From an uncultured bacterium (GTDB lineage: Bacteria > DAOPZR01): a stretch of DNA of 46,208 nucleotides. The position numbers were made by a program, and so were the translations under genes. The notes beneath the pieces are model-generated. The model was not told where the DNA came from. It saw only the letters and a program-made list of their open reading frames with translations, and searched no databases. Numbering within the stretch: the first letter of the stretch is position 1; every line of letters begins with the position of its first letter. The stretch lies in the NCBI GenBank assembly GCA_964637655.1, contig CAZWUZ010000002.1, positions 1 to 46,208 of the forward strand. Reading direction: 5' to 3'. Shown here in pieces: positions 37,156 through 43,500 of this stretch.

Positions 37156-37618
37156 CCGCGTCGGTGACGTCGGCTGACGGATGGCCGAAGAGGAGGTTGC
37201 TTTTTTCGATGATGAGCAGGTAGTTCTGCTCGCGCCCGACGCGTTCCACCGCCTGCAGCACGCGCGCCATCAGCGCGGCGGCGGGCGTGGCGGCGGCGGC
37301 GGTGGCGGGCGGGGGAGCGAGCAGCGCCTGCAGCGACTCGATGGTGCGCTCGACCGCGGTGGCGGAAGCGGGTGCGTCGAGTTCGCGGATACGCAGGTCG
37401 TACCAGTCGGCGCTCAGCGCGCCGAAGGCGGTGCGGATCTCCTCGGGCGAGCCCGCCGGGGAGGGACGCGCGGCGGGAGCGAACGGTACGGCTTGCGCGG
37501 AAGCGAGTACGCGGCCGAGATCGACGTAGCCGAGGCGCATGCCGGTGGCAGGCGCGGCGGCAGCCGCGGGGAACGCGGTAAGGCAGCACAGGCAGCAGAG
37601 CAGCAGGAAAGAACGCAT
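37124..37618 (-). CDS. OmpH/Skp-like periplasmic chaperone
   Basis: Signal peptide, LGYVDLGRVL, AVERVGREQNYLLIIEK..LLFG...DVTDAVI; GGAGGT RBS. Confidence 0.8.
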   Translation of the reverse strand: MRSFLLLCCLCCLTAFPAAAAAPATGMRLGYVDLGRVLASAQAVPFAPAARPSPAGSPEEIRTAFGALSADWYDLRIRELDAPASATAVERTIESLQALLAPPPATAAAATPAAALMARVLQAVERVGREQNYLLIIEKSNLLFGHPSADVTDAVIAVLQEPAR

Positions 37619-37641
37619 ATTCACCGACCTCCGGTGCCGCG

Positions 37642-37670
37642 AGTATAGGCAAGAAGGCAGCGGAAGTCAA
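37642..37670 (-). promoter_or_regulatory. Sigma70-type promoter of the OmpH-like gene
   Basis: Minus strand TTGACT (37670-37665), 17 nt, TATACT (37647-37642). Confidence 0.75.
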
Positions 37671-37682
37671 ACGGACGGGAAC

Positions 37683-38687
37683 ATGGGCAGGGAAGCGCAC
37701 AAACGGCGCGGTTGTTTCTGGCAGCTCTTCACGTATGGTGTGGCCGCGGCGTGCTATGCCGTGGTGCTGGGGGCATCCTTCGCGGGGGCACTCTACACCC
37801 TGACCGCCTCGGGAGAGATCGTGACGGTACCTGAGGTGGTCGGCAAACTGCGCCCCGAAATCGAGGCGCAGCTCCCCGCCGGGCTGACGCTGCGCGTCAT
37901 TGACGAGGCCTGCTCGCTCCCCGCCGGGACCATCATCTCGCAGAACCTGCCGCCGGGCCGGACGGTGAAACTGCCGCACCAGCTCGAGGTGCGCGTGTCG
38001 CAGGGGAGCGACCAGCGCCCGGTGCCTGACCTCATCAATCTGCCGCTCGAGTATGCCCTGGAACAGCTGGAACGTGACGGGTTGCGGGCGGGAACGGTGC
38101 AGGAGGCGGAGATTGACAACTCGCCGGTGCTCGACGGGGCCATTCTCGAAACGCGGCCGCCAGCGGGCACCATGCTTCCGGTGGGGGGCAAGGTCGACCT
38201 GACGGTGCGTCGCGAGGCGCGCGAACTGCTCGCCCAGGTGCCCGATCTCGTCGGGCGGCGGCTCAGCGAGATGCAGTCACTCGCTGACGGGTTGGGCCTG
38301 CGCGTCGACCGTGTCGACCGCCGGCTTGACTACAACCATCCGGCCGGTACCGTCATCGAGCAGTCACCGGTGCCGGGCACGCCGCTGACCGAGGGGATGC
38401 TGCTGCACCTGGTGGTGGCCGACGACGGGAGTGGCATGCCGGCGGCGGCGGCGGGACGGGCGGCGGTGGCGGTCGCGCCGCGCGCGGTGCCGCTCTACTT
38501 TGTCGTTCCCCCCGGCGTGGGCAACTACGATGTCCACGTCACGCTCTCCGACGCCAATGGTGATCGCGAGGTCTTCCGCGACAGTTGCGAACCGGGCCGG
38601 CGGCTGCTGCTCAATCTTGCGGTCAACGGCAGCGGCTACGCCTACATCTATGTCGGTGGCGAACTCAACAAGGTCGTGCCTCTCTGA
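37683..38687 (+). CDS. Membrane-anchored triple PASTA-domain protein without a kinase domain
   Basis: N-terminal TM segment; VPEVVG..GTIISQ, VPDLIN..GAILET.P, VPDLVG..GTVIEQSP. Confidence 0.85.
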   Translation: MGREAHKRRGCFWQLFTYGVAAACYAVVLGASFAGALYTLTASGEIVTVPEVVGKLRPEIEAQLPAGLTLRVIDEACSLPAGTIISQNLPPGRTVKLPHQLEVRVSQGSDQRPVPDLINLPLEYALEQLERDGLRAGTVQEAEIDNSPVLDGAILETRPPAGTMLPVGGKVDLTVRREARELLAQVPDLVGRRLSEMQSLADGLGLRVDRVDRRLDYNHPAGTVIEQSPVPGTPLTEGMLLHLVVADDGSGMPAAAAGRAAVAVAPRAVPLYFVVPPGVGNYDVHVTLSDANGDREVFRDSCEPGRRLLLNLAVNGSGYAYIYVGGELNKVVPL

Positions 38688-38688
38688 G

Positions 38689-39432
38689 ATGATGCTGCCC
38701 GCGCGCGCCGTTGCTGTCGTGCAGCTGCGTGCCGGGTCCACCCGCCTGCCCGGCAAAGCGCTGCTGCCGCTCGCCGGCATCCCGCTCGCCGTACAGGTGC
38801 TGCGCCGCCTGCGCGCGGTGCCTGACTTCGCGCAGGTGGTTGCCGCGGTGCCCGACCAGGAGGAGGACCGCGTCTTTTTCCGCCTCGCGGCGGAGTGCGG
38901 CTGCGTGGCGGTGGCCGGTTCGCGCGACGATGTGCTGGGGCGTTTTCTCATCGCGCTCGACGCCTATCCGGGCGACCCGGTGGTGCGTTTCTGCGGGGAT
39001 AACCCGCTGCTCGCCACGCAGCTCGTGCCGCATGCGCTGGCGGAACATGCGCGCGCGGAGGCCGACTGGACGGCGCTGACCGGGCTGCCGCTCGGCTGCG
39101 GGTTCGAGGTCATCCGCGCGGACGCGCTGCGCCGTGCCGCGGCGGAAGCGACGCTGCCGCATCAGCGCGAGCATGTGACACCCTACCTGCGTGAGCACCC
39201 GGAACGCTTCCGCCTGCATCAGCCGCCGTCCCCGGTCGCCTACCCGGCGGGACTGCGCCTGACCGTCGATACCGCCGATGACTACGCGCTGCAGCAGCGC
39301 GTCTACGACGCGCTGAGCGTTGACGGCAACGTAGTGGCGCTTGACGAAGCCGTGGCGCTGCTGACACGCAACCCGGAGTGGGCGGCGCTCAATGCCCACG
39401 TGCCGCAGAAACCACCGACGAGCGTCGGATGA
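38689..39432 (+). CDS. spsF: Second SpsF-like cytidylyltransferase
   Basis: VQLRAGSTRLPGKAL, GSRDDVLGRF, GDNPL, REHVTPY, RLTVDTADD. Confidence 0.87.
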   Translation: MMLPARAVAVVQLRAGSTRLPGKALLPLAGIPLAVQVLRRLRAVPDFAQVVAAVPDQEEDRVFFRLAAECGCVAVAGSRDDVLGRFLIALDAYPGDPVVRFCGDNPLLATQLVPHALAEHARAEADWTALTGLPLGCGFEVIRADALRRAAAEATLPHQREHVTPYLREHPERFRLHQPPSPVAYPAGLRLTVDTADDYALQQRVYDALSVDGNVVALDEAVALLTRNPEWAALNAHVPQKPPTSVG

Positions 39433-40355
39433 TCTGGCTGCGCGCCGATGCCGATGCCCGCCTCGGGGCGGGCCATCTCGTGCGCATGGTCGAACTGCAG
39501 CGGCGCCTCGGCCCGCTGGCGCGGCTGCTGGTCAAGCGCGATCTGCTGGCGACCTGCATCGCGGCGCAGGCCGCGGTCGACTGGTTCGACGCGGGGAAGG
39601 TGCCGCTCCCGGACCTGCACGCGGACGACACGGTGGTCTTCGATGTCAAGCATCTGCCCGCGGCCGCCGTGCAGGCGGTGCGTGCCGCCGGCGCGCGTGC
39701 GGTGGTTATCGAGGATGACGGCAGCGCGGGACGCAAGGCCGACCTGCTCGTCGACTGCAACCGCCTGCCCGACGAGGCGGAAAACCCGCAGCGCGAATGG
39801 TTCGGGCCGAAGTATCCGCTGTTGCGCGGCAATGTCGTGCAGTTGCGGCGCGCGCCGCAGCAGAAGAAGCCGCATCATGTGGTCATTGCGCTCGGCGGCG
39901 GCGATGCCGGACCGCTGGCGGTGACGCTGGCCAACCACCTGCAGCAGGCGCGCCTGCGCCTCAGCATCCTCGCTGGCTGGGGGGAGAGTCAGCAGCCGTC
40001 GTTGCCGCGCGGGGTCGAGTGGCAGCGCGCCACCCCGCATGCACTCACGCTGCTGTCGTCCGCGGATGTGCTGGTCTGTGCCGGCGGCGTCACGATGTGG
40101 GAGGGGTTCTGCCTCGGGCGCACGGTGGTAGTGCTGCCGCGCAGCGCGGAACAGGAACGCAACGCGCGCCGGCAGGACACATTCGCCTTTACCGCGCCGG
40201 CCGGCGATGTCAGCACTGCGGCGGCACTCGTGCAGGAGTGCGTGCGCGTTCCCGCGCTCGCCTATCAACGCGCGCGCGCGGCGTATGAGACGGTTGACGG
40301 CCATGGCCTTGACCGTCTCGAAGAGTGGCTGGTATCCCTCCACGGTCGCACCTGA
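39429..40355 (+). CDS. PseG/SpsG-like NDP-sugar hydrolase/glycosyltransferase
   Basis: RADA...GAGHLVR, IEDD, GPKYPLLR, LGGGD, ADVLVCAGGVTMWE, EQERNA. Confidence 0.8.
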   Translation: MIWLRADADARLGAGHLVRMVELQRRLGPLARLLVKRDLLATCIAAQAAVDWFDAGKVPLPDLHADDTVVFDVKHLPAAAVQAVRAAGARAVVIEDDGSAGRKADLLVDCNRLPDEAENPQREWFGPKYPLLRGNVVQLRRAPQQKKPHHVVIALGGGDAGPLAVTLANHLQQARLRLSILAGWGESQQPSLPRGVEWQRATPHALTLLSSADVLVCAGGVTMWEGFCLGRTVVVLPRSAEQERNARRQDTFAFTAPAGDVSTAAALVQECVRVPALAYQRARAAYETVDGHGLDRLEEWLVSLHGRT

Positions 40356-40476
40356 CGGGTTGTGTAAAAAAAGAAACACCCGCAATAAGGGAAAACACTA
40401 AGCCGATATAGCAAGGGATAGCGATTGCAAGTTGGCGCTGATAATCAGGTGTGTTGCAACAGATGCATGCAATTAT

Positions 40477-40505
40477 TTGACAGCAGAATACCGGATACAT
40501 AAAAT
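40477..40505 (+). promoter_or_regulatory. Near-consensus sigma70 promoter of the giant surface protein gene
   Basis: TTGACA (40477-40482), 17 nt, TAAAAT (40500-40505), in an AT-rich intergenic region. Confidence 0.8.
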
Positions 40506-40555
40506 AGTTGCATGTCCAATGAACAGGTTTTGACCTGACGTGTGGCCTGCCATTG

Positions 40556-43500
40556 ATGCGTCCTGAAACGGCGGGCACTGCGCGCCCGTTCGGGCTGTGG
40601 TGTACGCTGTTCTTCGTGCTCGTACTCTGCTGGGGGATTCCGGTCCCGGCCGCGGCGCTCACCTGGAGTACCGGCACGCCGCTGCCGTTCACGCTGGTCT
40701 CTGCCGCCTCGGTCAAACTGGGTGACACGCTCTACGTGGTGGCCGGTACTGCCAATGGCATTGAAACCGGGGCGGTCTGGGGCTACAGTCCCGCGCGCGG
40801 CTGGGTGTCCGGCGGCGCCTTGCCGTACACATGCAAACGTGTCGCTGCTGCCGCCTACGGCAGCGAGACCATATTCGTCGCCGGCGGCACCATCAACATC
40901 ACTGACACGGCGGCGTTCACCGCCTTCAACGTGCGCACGGGCGCGAGTGTCTCCTATACGCCGCTGCCGGCGACGCTGAGCCGCGGCGTGGCGGTGGTAT
41001 TCGGCGACACGCTCTATATCATTGGCGGCAGGTTCAATGCCAGCAGCGGCTACGATACGGTTTATTCCTACTACCTGCCGCAGGGCCCGACGGGCATGTG
41101 GCGGGAGAATGCCATTGCGCACCTCATTGACGGGCGCGAGCAGCATGTCGCGTTTGTTGCCAACAACGGCATCTACCTCGCCGGCGGCTTTCGCAGCGTC
41201 GGGGCTGCGACCGTTGGCAGTATGTACTTCTACAATTTCGGCGGCGACACGTGGCTGACCCGCCCGGCCATGCCGCAGCCGCGCGAACAGGCGGGCTGGG
41301 CGCAGACCGCCGACACGGTCTATGTCATCGCCGGCACGTCGGACGGAATTGATTCGGTCCCCACGGTCTATGCCTTCCGCCTTGCGGCCGAGGCATGGAC
41401 CACCGAAACCTCCCTGCCGGCGGCGCGCAAACTGCTTGTTGGCGGCGCGCTGGGCGACACCATCTACGCCGTCGGCGGCATGAACAGCGTTTCGCTCGCT
41501 TCGGTCGACGCTGCCGGTGTCCCGGCGCCTGCGGCCGGCTTCAGCGACGGCGGCAGCGTGACGGTCTTTGTCAGCAACCTTGGCGACAGCAGCAACCCGG
41601 TGAGCGGCGATACCACATCCGCGTTCGGCGGCATCAGCGAGGCGATGGCCGCGCTCGACCCGGCGAACGGGGTCGATACGATCATTGTCTATAGCTACTA
41701 CGATCCCGCGTCACCGGGGGATGATTCATATACGCTGACCGTTCCCGTCTATTGCGACACTGGCGTTACCCTGACTTCGTATTTCGCGCTGTACGGTCAG
41801 GACACCGGTGGTGGCGCCGATACGTGGGCGAAGATAAGTCACAACAGCGATACGACGGTGATCCGGGCCACGCCGGGCGAGAATATCACCATCCGCGGGT
41901 TCATTCTCGACGGCGGCATCGGCAAGTATACCGGCACGAACCATTATGCGCTGAGCGTTTCGCGCGGCTGCCTGATCGAACAGGTGGAGCTGTACGGTTT
42001 CTTCCGCGCCTTCTCCATCGGGGGCGGCAACACCGTCAGCCAGGTCTATTCGCACGATAATGAGGACAACGCGGTCTGGACGAATTCCGGCGCCGGGAGC
42101 ACCTCCTTCAGCAATTGCAGCTTCAGTAATGAGGGGAAGAAGGCGTTCTATTTTGTCGCCGGGGCGAGCGGTCACACGGTAAGCAATACGGTTATGGAAA
42201 ATTGCGAGGCGGGGGTCTGGGCGGTCGCCACCGCGGATAACAATTCATTCATCGGCAATTCGATTGCCGGCAGCAGCGACATCGGTATGTACATCGAAGG
42301 TGACAATAGCAGGGTCTCATCCAACCGGATCGCGGGCAATGGCGCCGGCGGTTTCGAGTTTGCCGGAACGACCACGGGCTATTTGCAGCAGAATGATATT
42401 GTCAACAATGACAGCTACGCCATTTCGCTGACCGGGACACTGAGCGGCATCGCGATCAACCGTAATAATATCGCGCCGTCAACCGCCCTGCCCGACAGCG
42501 GCATATACGCTGACGCCACTGGCAGCGATACCTTCGACCTGCTGCGCAACTACTGGCATACGACGAACGAGGATTCTATAGCCGGCTGGCTGCACGGCAG
42601 CAGCGCCGACTCCATCGCGTGGTACCCGTATCGGCTCGGCAGGGTCGACACCGCGGCGGGCGCCGACACCGTGGCGCCCGCCAGTCCGTCCGGCCTGGCG
42701 GCGGACACGTCGACGGGCGGTCAGCTTACCCTGACCTGGACCGGGGTGACGTTGAACGAGGATGGTTCGGCCTGCGCCGACCTCGCCGCCTACAACGTCT
42801 ACCGCTGTACCGCGGCCCTGGCGCCGGTGGCGGACTGGAAGGCGGTGTACCTTGGCAGTTCGCCGGATACCATGTACGTCGACACGATGGTGATGGCAGG
42901 CGTGACCTACTGCTACCGGGTAACCGCCTACGACAACCACAGCCCGTGGGAAAACGAGAGCTTCTTCAGCGACACGGTCACTGTGACCGCGGCCGCAATT
43001 GACACCTTCGGTCCGAACCAGTGGTACGTCAGCACCGCGGGTGATACCGCCAACGACGGACTGACGTGGGGGACGGCGAAACGCTACCTCGGCAACCTCC
43101 TGCGCGGGTCATGCAATCAGGCCGGCCCGATTCTCCTGACACAGGGTGACACCGTCAACCTCGGGGCGGGCACCTGGAGCGAGACAGTGAGCATCGGCAC
43201 CCACTACGTTGCGCTGGTCGGCCAGGACTCGGCAGCGACGAGTATCGATCTGCTGGACAGCAGTGCGCCGGGCAAGCCGGCCGCGATTACCGCGACCGGC
43301 GTCATCGGTGCCACCATCGCCAATCTGCAGGTGGGTAATGCCGCGTATGGCATTCTGCTCAATAACGCTGACAATGCAATGGTCAGCGCGGTCACGGTCG
43401 GAAACTGCCTGTACAACGGTGTGCGTATCTATATCGGGGCGGACAGTGCCGTACTCAGCAACTGTCACCTCGACGGCGCGGGTGAAGATGCGCTGCTGAT

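Noticed and set aside
167..40385. Many long antisense or alternate-frame ORFs (e.g. 1100-2590, 5359-6876, 12914-14398, 34599-36077)
   Set aside because: They are shadow ORFs expected at high GC, lack motifs, and overlap well-supported genes.
40356..40385. Intrinsic terminator after the PseG-like gene
   Set aside because: The CGGGTTGT/ACACCCG stem is imperfect with a long A-rich loop and no U-tract.
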